Below are positions 48,601 through 62,436 of a stretch of 64,000 bases of DNA, piece after piece; within the stretch, counting starts at the first letter, position 1; the number at the start of each line of letters is the position of its first letter. Under the pieces are notes generated by a model that saw only the letters and a program-made list of their open reading frames with translations, was not told the origin of the DNA and made no database searches. The position numbers were made by a program, and so were the translations under genes. This stretch comes from Octopus vulgaris (Eukaryota), in contig OX597834.1 of assembly GCA_951406725.2 (NCBI GenBank), positions 2,046,001-2,110,000 of the forward strand. Direction: 5' to 3'.

Positions 48601-50640
48601 ATGGATGCTATACCCGAATTTCCGAAACTCGTTGTGGAGAAGAAACGTGCGTACGAGGCGGAGGAAAGGGAGCAACAATCTCCCTCCTGTGGTAGAGACA
48701 TTAGTATTGGTGATGGTGTCGTTGGTGTTGATATGAAGTCATCTTCTTCCTCCACTTGTCAGTATTCAACATGGAAACAGAAGCGAAAGCTAAACCACAA
48801 TGACACAAATAGTGGCGGGGCTCAGGTGAAATCCCCAAACTCAAAGTATAGCCCTCATAGCAACGACGGTTCTCTACCATCTCCGGGGATGACTAGTCCG
48901 ATTTCGTTTGCGACCACCACAACGAATTCTGATGGCAGCCGTGATGCGGGAGAGAAGCTGGTCGATGATGATCGCATCATACCAGTCCATGATAATCCGT
49001 TTTTTGTCAAAGACGGCAGGAGAAGTCTGGACAGAAGAGATATGAACGGCTCCTTGGATTACCACAATGACGAAACCATCAACAACCGCCAGGACTTATC
49101 AAATTTCCGAGACGACACGGATATGGAGTACCATCCTGGATCCGGATTTGTTAGCCGTTTAAAGGATAAATTTTCATCATTAGGTGCCAGAGAAGATGTA
49201 ACTGTGTTGCGCCCGAAAAGATCTTCCAGTTTTGAAAATCTGTTGGATGGTAGACCGAAATCACATAATGGTGGGGACTTAGGTCTGACGGACACAAGGC
49301 GGAAATTCCGAGACGGCCGCGCTGTGAGCGTTGAAAATTTGAACCACACCATGGATAAAAGCTCTACTTCTCCAAACCTGGTGCTCGATTTGAAATTAGC
49401 GAAACAAGGAAGTAGCGACAGTGGCAGTGACATTAGGAACACAAACAAAGACCGGGAAACTGTGGTGCCAGAGAAAAGCCCAACAATTCATCCGGTTTCT
49501 CCGTCTCCAAGTTTTGATGCTAAACCCCACATTAGTGTCATATCCGCTGCAGCCAATGATGAAAACAAAAACGTAGATGAATTGCCGAAACCCAATACAG
49601 TTTCGTCGTTTCGAAGTTTATTTGAGAATTCTGCTATGAAACCCAAGGGTAAGACCACACCGGCCCCTGTGAAACCTGTAAATTCTACTACACCTGAAAC
49701 ATTAATATCACCAAATAAAAAAGAAAGTAAAGCTACCCTTGTTGCAACTAAACCTGCACCACCACCACCTCCGAAAGAAAGGAACCACGAAGCATCTGTT
49801 AAAAAACCTGAAGTTGCAAAACGTACGGTGTTGGAACAGAAGAATTCCGGAATTGCTGAAAATAACTCAAGTTCTTTAGAAAAGGACAGTTCCAGTGTTA
49901 AGACAACTGCTAAGCAGGCAACACCAAGTTTACCCCTAACATCACACATTTCATCTTCACCCACTTTAGAGACATCCTCTTCGTCGCAGATTAATCAAGT
50001 ATCGGACTCCAAGAGAGTGGCACCAGTTGTTCCTGCTGAAAATGACCACCACTCGGTGTCTGAAAGTAAAGAAAACACAAGACCGTCTAGTGATACAAAT
50101 GCTGAATTTCATAACCGCGGGCTCCCTTCGATTCTTATGAGAAAAAACACCGATGATTCCGGAGAACTTGGCCAGGTGGTCCTGCGGAAGGTGAAACCTA
50201 GGATCTTGGAAGATGATGACGAACTTAAAGGTAGAATTACTTATTATCCAGCTGGTCTTAACAAAACGACAAATTCTTCGTCTTCCGAAGAACCGACACC
50301 AAAGATGAGGCATCCACCTCTTGTGACAGGCATCAGCGGTATTGGTAACACTGATCTGTGGGGTGAAGAGGACGATGAAGATATTTTCTATGCAGACGGT
50401 GAGGTGATTGAGAAAGATGTGGAAGATAACCGACACATCATTATCACAGACTCTATGTTGAAGAAAAATCCCAATGCGGGTACTTTGACACACTTGGATT
50501 TATCACATCTTACCAATGACGGCGGCCAGGAACACCAGGAAGGCTATATTCCTTCCAAAATTGGGCCTTGTAAGATACAATTCATTGGAGCAAATGTCAA
50601 ACTTGACAGAAGCTGTATAATAAAGAATAAAACATCAAAG
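48601..50640 (+). CDS. Taperin/phostensin (TPRN/PPP1R18)-like PP1- and actin-associated protein, large first coding exon (680 codons); continues after a phase-0 intron
   Basis: Long non-repetitive ORF ending at AAG|gtgagt. N-terminal MDAIPEFPKLVVEKKR resembles the phostensin/taperin IPxWK..LL..KR start; YHPGSGFVSRLKDKF motif; C-terminal IQFIGANVKLDRSCIIKNKTSK resembles taperin IEVIGGYL.L.KSCL.K just before the KISF PP1 motif; S/P/K-rich disordered middle. Confidence 0.75.
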
Positions 50641-52060
50641 GTGAGTGAGTGATTTCAGGGGCCTTGCCCTTTCTTCTTCTATGTACGCTTCTGTGAGTAT
50701 GTGTATAATATATATTTGGGGAAATATATGCATTTGTATGTATTTATAAATATATCTGTATATATGTGTGTATGTTGATGTATGTATATCTTTCTTCTTG
50801 TGTGTGTATATGTATTATGTTCTAGTTTTCATTCTGAAGATCAATTTGATATTTATTTAATAGAGTCACTGTATATCTGTATATATTTTATTGACAATTT
50901 TATCTGTGAATGTAAGACACTGAACATAGTAAATTGCCGGATTAAGCATATTTTCCTATTGACTTACGCCCCCTTTCTTCCAGATTAACCCTCCTCCTTC
51001 AATATTTCCAATAACTATTGTTTAAATACCAGTGATTAAGGCGGCCCCTTGTCATTTATTCCTACCAGTGTTCGGTTTAACTGTTTAATCTTACGTCAGC
51101 TCAGCCCTGGTCCGGTAGGCTATCTACGAAGAAAAACGATTATATTAACCAGACTTCTTTATTTAAGACAGTCCGGTGTAATATTGTCTGTTATTATTAG
51201 CAGGTGGAATGACCACGTCGTAGCTCTGTCTCTCTCTCTCCGGTGCGGGATGTGACTGATGTGTGGACAGCGGTATCACAGTTTCAATTAAGTTGTTAAG
51301 GATGTCTGGAATGGCATGAAGGTCACCGACCCATCCCATTAGACAAAAAGGATAGTGTTGGGACAAACAGAAAATAGTCTCACTTCCTGTTCGCTCCTCT
51401 GATGGCCCTCCCTTCCTAAATCGCTGACCGATCAGCTATTTTGCTGACATTAACTGTGATAATAATCCTCATAATTAGGACCCAACTGATTATAATTGCC
51501 TATAATTAAATCTTATTCCGTCAATCACACACACTGCACCTCTGTTGAACCAGCCAGTGTAGACGTACAACCTGCTAAAAATAACAGTCAAGATTCCCTC
51601 TCAAGTCACGCCACACTATTGAAAAAAGGATGGACATAAGAGTCCAAGACATCTCCCTCTCCTCTAACACGTTCCGGAAAAGTCGGGATAGAATTCTTTT
51701 AATTATAAATCTGCTCGGTCCAGGGACAATTAATAATTGTGTTAATTCTAAAGCAGAAACTCTCTTCCAAGTTAACAGATATCGAGTTCAAATTTAACTT
51801 TAGGTTGTATTCTACCCTTGGACAGCTACATTTTATAACTGCGGGTATGTAACCATTGTGTCTAGAACCAAGTCTACCTCACGGGTTTTAAGGGATCAGC
51901 AAGGACTACTTTATTTATTATGGTTTTCCTTAAATGTTTTTGAAAGGGTAGGCCGTGATTTTGAGAAAGGTTTGGATATTATTTCTAGCGGATCGACCGA
52001 CCGCGTGGAGGCTCTCCATACATGTATGTGTGTGTGTATATATAGTGTGTGTATGCATAC

Positions 52061-52117
<57 letters not shown>

Positions 52118-52544
52118 GTGTATGGGTTATGTACTTTCTATACATTGTGTAAATACAAACACAAACGGCTATATTTGTGTGGATTTGTGTTAATATGTGC
52201 TTTTCCTTCCTTGAGTCTTTATATATGTATATATATAAGCAGTCAAATGTGTGTTTCGTTTATTGTGTGTGATACAGCATTCACACCCTTCCCTCCTTTT
52301 CACAGAAAACACATGACGCATCACTGCTCTCCCCCACTACACACACACACACACACTATATATATATATATAAATAAATAAATATATATATATATGATAT
52401 TACGAGGCGATTCCTGGTAGTTATCACCACAAGCATGCAATAGTATTAAAAATCAAAATAGGGGTACATCCAACATATTACGTACCCTCTTCGCAGTTGT
52501 CTCTCAGTGATATTGCAGATCTATAGTGAACTTTAGTTTCATTT

Positions 52545-52720
<176 letters not shown>

Positions 52721-52949
52721 GTATGTGCATACTTTTCCTTAATTAAGTGTGTTGGTAGTTGAATATGGGTGTATATTTATATGTATGCACTGTGTGTATT
52801 AGTCATAAACTGAGTGCGTGCGGGGAAAAAGTACTTTTATATACGCATATATATATATATATCGGAGGTAAAGTATACGTACACCACCAGTTTTCGGCGT
52901 AACAAAAACCTTAACCCTGACCACCGGGTGTAAGTATTTTTTACCTTCG

Positions 52950-52990
<41 letters not shown>

Positions 52991-53304
52991 TTGTGTGTGT
53001 ATATATATACATACACACAAGTATACATACAAACACACAAGCATATATATGTGTGTACAACGAAATATTCATTGTGCTATAAATTAGAGCTTATTTATTT
53101 GTATGTACAGACACACTCTATATTCTTTAAATTGTGAAATATTTCTCACACACGTTTAATAAAATTATACGAGCAGTCCTCTCTCTTGGACGAACTCTCG
53201 ACACCAGCTTTCCCCCTAGTTATTAACGGCCTTCTAAAGTCTCCCCGGGTTCGTTCTGGGCATATATATATATATTTCGTTTTTGACTCTCTCCAGACAC
53301 AACA

Positions 53305-53346
<42 letters not shown>

Positions 53347-53834
53347 GTACCTTAATAGAGGTTTAACCACTAGGTTTAATTTTCAAAAGCTTATTAAACA
53401 TAGCTGAATTTATTCACAATTTATCTTCACACACGTCGTGTTCTTTAATTAATTATCTCTCTTTCAATATATATATATATATACATCCATATATATATAG
53501 GCTTGTATATGTTTAGGTTTAGCACAGACTAGAGGAAAAAAGAAAAATATATATATAATATCGCTATAGCAGGACGTATTTAATTTAGGTGTGTGCATTT
53601 AATATATAGTAGTATATATTAAATGTAGCAGTGTGTATTAATTTGTAATGGTGTCTATTTAATATGTTGTCATATTTATTTAATATTCGGTGGTGTGTTT
53701 GAAGTTAATCCTTCATGTTGTTGCTTCTGCTCTGGTTTTCCTCGTTCCGCATTCTTGGTTCAGTGTTTAAGAAACACAAAGCTGTTGCACACACACACGC
53801 GCACTTTCCTCTCTCTCATACACACACGCGCACA

Positions 53835-53869
<35 letters not shown>

Positions 53870-54864
53870 ACACACTCCTCTTTCTTTCTCTCTCAATCAT
53901 ACTCATATACCAACAGACGTTTTCCGTTTTACAAACGAGAAAGAGGGAGCACTCAATACATGTTATAGAGTATATATATTTATATGAACGAAGCTGGTGA
54001 GTCAACCAACCAATCGTTACTCAGAGTTTCTCGCGCAATGCGATTCTTCAGGCGACAACAAAACACACACACACCCCCCTATATGTATGTGTATTTATCT
54101 CTTTCATTCAACTTTCTATCCTTGTTCCTGACCTGTGATTCTAAATACACTCAAAGAGAACGAGAACTTGAGAGGACGTTAATGGTTGAAGTGAGTTAAA
54201 ACAGGTTCTGTTTCAAAAAAGGGTCAGGTCTGTAGAATGAGAAGCAGAGAGAGAGAGAGAGAGAGAGATTACCACTACAATCTATATACGACCAGCTACT
54301 ACTGCTATATACTATGTGGTGAGTCTCCCCCCTCCTCCCCCCCTCGACAGTCAATGCAGCATTAAACCCCCCCTTATTCTCTCTCTCCTCCTCCTCCTCT
54401 TTTACTCTCATTCTCTATCTCATAACATTTGTTAACAGTACACATGTGTCAAAGAACATCCCTGCCCCACCCCCCTCTCCCCCCACCCTCTCTGCCACCG
54501 CAATGGCCCCTCTCTCTCCCCCCCACACACACACCGCTCGCCCCTGCTGCTTGTCGGGTTGGTTATATAAGACAGTCGCTCACCCGCCCCTACCACAACC
54601 ATATATCTACCCCAACTCGTTTGGCTGTCTTCTGTTTTTTTTTTAATCTTACCCATTCAACGTCTACCCGGTTCTATTCTCTGACGCCACCCTTTACATA
54701 AAGCCTACACACACAGTTTTTAAATAAAAATATTTTTCTTTTTCTTTTTTTCAAATCGTTGTTTGACTTTCTGTCTTTCATCTTGAATCGATCAAACGAT
54801 TTACTGTTAGTAATACTGAGGTTTATTTTTATCGATCATATCCCTCCCCCCTCCAGAGTTTGTG

Positions 54865-56360
54865 GTTTTGTGAGTTCAGTTACGGTTCTTCATGTTCTAA
54901 GTTCGAATCTCGCCGAGGTCAAATTTGCCCTTTATTCTTTTGAGTCAATAAAATAAAATACCAGTTGCGCACTGGACTAGCCCCTCCCCTCAAAATTCCA
55001 GGCCTTGTGCCTTCTGTAGAATGAATTATTATTGTTATTACTGTGTTGTTTATTGTCCTTAATGCCTTAGGCCCTTGTAGCCAATAAAAAAAATCTCTTA
55101 ATATTATTATTGGCAGAATCGTTAGCATGCTGGGCAAAGCATTTTGTCCATCCTTACGTTCTGAGTTCAAATTCCACTGAAGTCGACTTTGCTTTTCATC
55201 CTTTTGGGGGTCAATGAAATAAGGACTAGTAGAACACTGGGGTCGATTACATCAATCCCAGTGCTCCACTGGTACTTATTATCAGGCCTTTAGTAGAAAG
55301 GATTATTATTATTATTAAGGCAGCGAGCTGGCAGAAACGTTAGCACGCCAGGCAAAATGCGTAGCCATATTTCGTCTGCCATTACATTCTGAGTTCAAAT
55401 TCCGCCAAGGTCGACTTTGCCTTTCATCCTTTCGGGATCAATAAATTAAGTACCAGTTATGCACTGGGGTCGATGTAATCGACTTTATCCGTTTGTCTGT
55501 CCTTGTTTGTCCCCTCTGTGTTTAGCCCCTTGTGGGTAGTAAAGAAATAGGTATTTCGTCTGCCGCTATGTTCTGAATTCAAATTCCGCCAGGGTTGACT
55601 TTGCTTTTCATCCGTTCAGGGTTGATTAAATAAGTACCAGTTATGCACTGGGATCGTTGTAATTGACTTAATCCTGTCTCCCAAATTTGAGGCCTTGTGT
55701 TTCCAGTAGAAAGGATTATTATTATTATTATTGAGGCTTCGAGCTGGCAGAATCCAGATGAATCCAGATGCCAGATGAAATGCTTAAGCAGTGTTTCATC
55801 TGCTGCTACATTCTGAGTTCAAATTCCGCTGAGGTCGACTTTGCCTTTCATCCTTTTGCGGTTGATAAAATTAGTACCAGTTGAACACTGGGGTCGATGT
55901 AATCATCTCATCCCCATCTTCCCCAAACTGTCCTTGTGGCAAAAATTTGAGATAATTATTATTAAGGCCCCAAACTAGCTGAATTGTTGTTTCATTGGCC
56001 AAAATGCTTAGCAGCATTTTTGTAGTCTAAGTTGAAATTCTGTCATGGTCAACTTTGTCTTTCATTCTTTTGAGGTTGATAAAATAAGTACCAGTCATGT
56101 GCTGGGGTCGATTGCGTCAACTTAACCCCACTCACCCTGAATTGCTGGCAGAATCGTTAGCACACTGGGCGAAATGCTTAGTAGTATTTCACCCATCACT
56201 TTGTTCAGAGTTCAAATTCCACTGAGCTTGACTTTGCCTTTCATCCTTTTGGGGTCGATAAATTAAGTACCAGTGAAACACGGGGGGGGGGGATCAATAT
56301 AATCGATTGTTCCCCCCTCCCAAATTTCAGGCCTTGTGCCTTTCGTAGAAAGGATTATTA
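54865..56360 (+). mobile_element. Head-to-tail array of about 7 copies of one tRNA-derived SINE
   Basis: Repeated ggcagaatcgttagca...gttctgagttcaaattccgc.gaggtcgactttgcctttcatcctttcggggtcgataaa..aagtaccagt core, mostly separated by (ATT)n. Confidence 0.9.
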
Positions 56361-57670
56361 AAAGCTAGCTATGCAAGTAGAAGGTTCACTTTCTCAGTCA
56401 GGTTAAGGTCACTACCTAGCGACTTGGATGACTTTAGTTATGTCCCTTTTATGGGTTCAAATCCCACTAGGTTGATAATAATATATTCCAGGAGAGTACT
56501 GTGGGTCAATTGAATTGACAAAGCCTTACTTCAAAATCCTTGCCCTTTGTCGCCTAAGAGTGCCATTTTCGTGTGTGTGTTTGTGTAAGCTCTGTGGTAT
56601 TCTGTGATATATAGTACCTCATGTGTATATATATGAGGTACTGTATATAAGGTGTACAATCGCTGTGTATATAGTTTTGGGGGTTTGGTTATCTACTCAT
56701 TGGTCTCTTTTAATCATTCCCAAGAGACTTTTAATTATGGAGGTTTTACAATGTACCACAGGGCCATACCATTGTATTACCTAACACCATACCACTGGAA
56801 ATCTACCATTTGTTGTATCCCTCTCTGTCACCTACCACTGGGCCATACTACTGTGATAAATCTCCTTCACACCATCTCTTACCCTCCATCATGTGGGCTA
56901 CAGAACTAGGTTGCCACCCACCATCTGCAAACCAACAAGGGGGGACCCCACACCAGCAGTTTCCAAACTTTTACCTTAAGGACTTCTTCTGACAAACCAA
57001 CAATATTTTGTGACCCTTAAAAAAATATTTCATTGGGGACACCCTTGACATTTTATAGATTTTCTTGGAGAAATGGTCCCTGGTTTTTGTTTATAGTAAA
57101 TGCTGTGTTTTGGCCCATATGCCTGTCTATCATATGTTGTGTAACATAAACATTTTGTATTTTACTTTTGTGATCCTTTCAGTGACCAAGTGTAGGTGTT
57201 GACCCTTAGTATCAAGAACTGCTGCTCTATGTAGACTGTTGGCCTCTTAGAAACAACAGTCACATTTGTCACAAATCACACACAGTTATCTTAAAAAAGG
57301 AAGGACATACTAAACAAAGTCTTAGACATAAAATTGATGGGACAGTCAAGGTTGGAACATCAATGGAAAATGACCTGTAGTTCAACAAAATGAACAGTTT
57401 TAGTCACTAACTGCTGTAATAATATCACATTGTGTAATGTAGTCTTTGATACACTATGTCTGAAGAAAGATGGGATGGTCATAACAAGAACGTCTTTGAT
57501 CCTGTCTGTTGGGTCAGCTTAGACATGGAGTTAAGATTCAACAGTTTGCAGTTCTTAACTGTTTTGTTACAATATTTCTGGTTTTAATTAATTTCGAAAA
57601 TAATGAAGAATTTCGTAAAAGAATTTTGTCATTTTTAAGGAAGATTTTGAAGGAAGATTTTAATTTAAAT

Positions 57671-57966
57671 CAGTGGTTCTCAGCTGGGGTCCATATAAGA
57701 TTTTTGGGGGTCCAAGCAAGCAAACTAGTAAATTTGGGATCCACAGTCGTATATGAAGGGTCCACACAATAAGTTTCAATTTTGATGTGTTTTCTGCAAG
57801 AAACAGCTAAATTTCTGGTTCAAACGTTTTACATAATCCAATTTAGAAAGAAGTTTCTATAAAACTGGTTTCTAAACATTGAATGGCTATGGGGGTCCAC
57901 CAGAATGAAATAGTAATCAAAGGGGGTCCATAGGTAAAAAAAAATAATAATGGTTGAGAATTATTG
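57671..57966. mobile_element. hAT-type MITE
   Basis: CAGTGGTTCTCAGC / GGTTGAGAATTATTG termini; TSD ATTTAAAT/ATGTAAAT; related to the 2006-2224 copy. Confidence 0.75.
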
Positions 57967-60712
57967 ATGTAAATCATGACATTTGTCTCTGAGAACCAGG
58001 AGCTTTCTCAGGTGGGTTGGTTATCAAAAAGAGTTGACCTGATGCAAAATTTTTTTTCTTGATGAAAAAATTTGGGGATTGTGGGAGGAAATTTAAGGAA
58101 TTCAGATGGGAAATTGTTTCTGTGTTAAAAAATTCTTTGCTGTTATTCACAAAAGGAAGAAGTTTAATGCTTTGAATAAAGATTTCCATCTCAACCTTGC
58201 AAGGGTCTGTTTAAGATGCTAATTTATTCTTCTTGACATAAAAGAATTGGTTTTACTTGAGAAAATTCTCACAGGTTGCAGTCTTTTGACTATTTGATAC
58301 TTAGTGCCAACAGCTGGGTGATCTAAGATTCTAACTTTCTAGTTTTTTTTGCACGAGGCCAGCAATTTTGAGAGGCATGGGGAAAGTCACTGACATTGAC
58401 CTCTGGTACTTCATTTTGTTGACCCTGAAAGGATGACCGTCAAAATTTACCTTTGGTGGTATTTGAACTCAGAATGTCAAGAACCAGAAGAAATGCTGCC
58501 AAGCATTTTGTCCAGCATGTTAATGGTTCTGCCAACTTGCTGCCTTTGGGTGACTTAGGATTAACCTTTAGCATGCTGTAAGCACACCATGTCACCGAAT
58601 GAGTTTTCTTCCCTGTAGCTGCAGGACAGTGGCATGGGAAACAATTTTAGAGAAAATGCATTGTGCTGCAGGTGAAGCAGAATAAAGTCCTGTCCAGTGG
58701 CCGCAGTGGCCGCAGGGCTTGCTCTCCGATCCTCTTTCTTCTCTAGTTTCTTTATGTTGAATCTAATAATGGACTTACAACACATTTCATTAATTATTCT
58801 TCCACCATTATGGTTTTTAAAACTAATATCTAGGTGGGGCCTTAAACATTTTCAGTGAGGTTATTCTGGTAATTATACAAATCCACCTTTTTATTAATTA
58901 AACATGGAGTTGGAGCCCCCTTATAATAATACCAAGGGCTGATTGCTGTTCCTCATAGAAATACTGGGGCTGTTGTTGTTGTTAAAGTCGCTTTATAATA
59001 CTATCGCTCAAGGTCATTGCTGCTCCTTACCAAAATATAAGGGTCATACTGGGTCCAAACCCTTTTATAATACTACTGAAGTCTACCACTGTTTCTCCTC
59101 ATAGGAATACAAGGGATGTTGTGGTGATCATCCTCTTCATTTGGTTTACATCCATTTTTTTATACTTGCTTTTCCTGTTGTTAACCCTTACCTGTTCTTT
59201 TAAGTAAGGGAGCTCATGTTTCACATGTTTATGAAAGTGCAAAGCAAGGGGACAAGTTGTTGAGAAGAGACGTGACACCACCGACAACACTGCTTGTAGT
59301 GTGTAAAAATGTAAACACAAATCTAGAGAGCAAGCTTCTTTCAGTTTCCTCCTATGAACGTTGGTCAGCTTAGAACCATAGCAAAAGACACTTGGTTCAG
59401 TGTGTTGCACAATGAGACTGACCAGAAAGCCATTTGCCTGAGAAGCAGCCTTCCCAAAAAGTTAAATGCTTTGGCTTACTCAGTGACTGTGGGTTGTTTT
59501 GGTTTACCCTCTCATCCACTCTTAAAACGCAAGCAACATTCAGTAGATTTATTTAAAATGCCCAGCTGGAGCTTCTTTGAAAAAAACTGACATCAGTATC
59601 CATCAATGAAATCAGCATCAGTATCACACGGGAAGCAAAGCCCAGATTCCAAACCTCTGCTGCTTTGTGGCCATCCCCAGCCAATGGAAACACTTCAGCA
59701 ATGGTCATTGAGGAGACAATTGCGAATTGGAACCCTGGACACCGTTCGATGTTATGTACCAATTTGTTGTGGTAACTGCTGAGATGATGCTGGTGGTCAA
59801 ATAGCTTTAACTGTGCTGTCGTTTTGGATCCATCAGTGATGCAGAGAAAGGAGACATACTGCATAGCCAATGGTCTGTCCTCCATACCATGCTGCCAACG
59901 GTTGGGTCACTTCGAACTCCCTATACTTCCAGTAGACAAATTGAACCTTTATCAACCATGGTCATTAATGACGAAGTGAAGAAGAATGAAATTATAGTTG
60001 GCCTCAGCAGAATTTAAACTCCCAACTTAAAGGGCCGAGACACACATTTCAGGTCATTTCATTTGATGCTCTACCGGTTCTGCCAATCTGACGCCAATGG
60101 TATTTAACTTCTATTGTGCATTCTATGTCAGTGGTTTTTAAACCTGTTTCAGTCTGTGGTGCAATGTAGCGGTGCAAAATATGGTTATAGCACACCCATC
60201 AGGTTTTAATATATTTTGTTGTAAGCAAAGGATAAAAGGTGTTCCGGCTGTGACCATCCCATCTTTAATTCAGACACGGTGTATCTAGACTGCTTTATCT
60301 AATGTGTCCTTCCTTCATGTTTATCTCTCATCTCTGATCAAAGGTATTCATCCATTCTCTCAGCAATCATCCCATTCTTGGACTACATTATCTAATGAGG
60401 AGTTAGTTCATTAGTTAAGAAGGTCAGGTGTGTGATACGAAGAAGAATCAGCTGCTATTTCTAGCATGCCCCTAGTGGTTCCCTTGTTGACCAGAGCAAT
60501 TTGTTGGTTTATTTGTTGACCGACTGACACTGTCTCTCGTTCAAAAGGCTACAAACACATTCACTCAGACACACATGCTCTCTCTCTCTCTCTCTCTCAC
60601 TATAGTGTTGGTATACTATGAAGTGACTATACTACACCATACTATTGTATATTATACTGCTACTACACTATCGTTATACTATGGTATCTTGGTACAATAC
60701 GATGCTGCTACT

Positions 60713-60743
<31 letters not shown>

Positions 60744-61719
60744 AACACATGTAGATGTGTGTATGTGCATGTGTGTGTATATATACACACACATGCACAC
60801 TTCTCTTTCTTTCTCTCTTTATATATTTCTGTATATACACAGACCTCTATCTCTCTATCAATATATATACTTACATAAACACATTTATATATACCCTTCT
60901 TTCTCTCTCTCTCTCTCTGTATACATATTGGCACACATATGTAATATACACAGACACACAACCATATGTGTGTTTGTGTATACACTCTGTTGTGAGTGTA
61001 GAAAGAGTTGTAGACCAATTGAGACATTGTTTCATGACTGGCCAATTCTTCTCCATTCTGACATTTGATTGACTGGAGTAAAGATTGTGTGTATACCATA
61101 TATGGTCATGTGTATACACACACACACACACACACACACACTTATATACCTATATATGCATTTATCCAAACACATGTAAATATGTATATACATTTGTACA
61201 TGCACATATTCAACACACACACATCACTGTGTGTGTACACACAAGTATATGCCAGTTGCTGTGTGTGTGTGTGTGTGTGTGTTTGTGTATAAAATGTGTA
61301 TAGCTATAAACACATATACATGTGTACAAATACATGTTAGTTACTGTGTCTATGTGTGGATATTATTGTTACCCACATGTTGCCACATGTTGGCACACAC
61401 ACACACTAGTTATACCATAGGGACTTCACATTTGCTAATATCTCAGTACCATATTATTATTATTATTTATTTTTCCTGTTATTTTTTTGCTTCTTCTTTG
61501 AGTTCAGTCCCCAGGAGAGGGTCACTTAGTGTTTATTGATGCTATGAGCTATGGAACACTAAATACCAATAATATAATACGCTGCCGCCAAGCTGCAGTC
61601 TTTGGACTAAAATTCTACAAGCACCTCCTCTACTTTTTCCCTTCTTCATGGTCATAAAAGAGAGATTACCAATATTTTCTGCTGCTACTGCCATGTTGCA
61701 ATGAATGTTGAATATCTGG

Positions 61720-61756
<37 letters not shown>

Positions 61757-61775
61757 GCTTACTGCATCCATTCTT

Positions 61776-61812
<37 letters not shown>

Positions 61813-62163
61813 TGAAACACAGAGAGAGGGGTGGAGTGGGCTGTCTTCTGCTTCATCCAGTCTTTAGTCTTTCTTTCTCTCTGATTCAGTCAAACAAACA
61901 CACACACACACACAAACGAATATATATTTATATTTATATAATGTACACGTGTGTGTGTGTGTGTACATGTGTATATGTGTATATGTGAATGTATCATCAT
62001 CATTGTAGCATCTGTATTCCATGCTGGCATCAATTGGACATTATATATATATGTATATGTGTGTGTGTGTGTGTGTTTAGTGATGCAAACAGGGAAAACA
62101 GAAGTGAAAGCACAAACATGTTTTTTTTATTAAAAGCAAGTTTTATGTGTTGGCATTTACCAG

Positions 62164-62202
<39 letters not shown>

Positions 62203-62389
62203 CATACGCATATTTTTTTATTCTTTTATTTGTTACAACCATTTGGCTGTGGCCATGCTGGAGCACCGCCTTTAGTCGAACAAATCGGCCCCAGGACTTA
62301 TTCTTTGTAAGCCTAGTACTTATTCTAGTTAAGTAGACGTAAACATTGCCATAATCGGTTGTCAAGTGATGGTGGTGGGGGGCAGGCGA

Positions 62390-62436
<47 letters not shown>

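Noticed and set aside
49059-50493. Antisense ORFs of 129-175 aa
   Set aside because: Shadow frames of the real + strand exon
54865-56360. Repeat-spacer-like periodicity suggesting a CRISPR array
   Set aside because: Units are diverged SINEs of about 200 bp in a eukaryotic intron, with no cas genes
56605-56648. Hairpin containing TGAGGTA (let-7-like seed)
   Set aside because: Near-perfect palindrome of about 44 bp with almost no loop; the rest does not match let-7 and it is too short for a pre-miRNA
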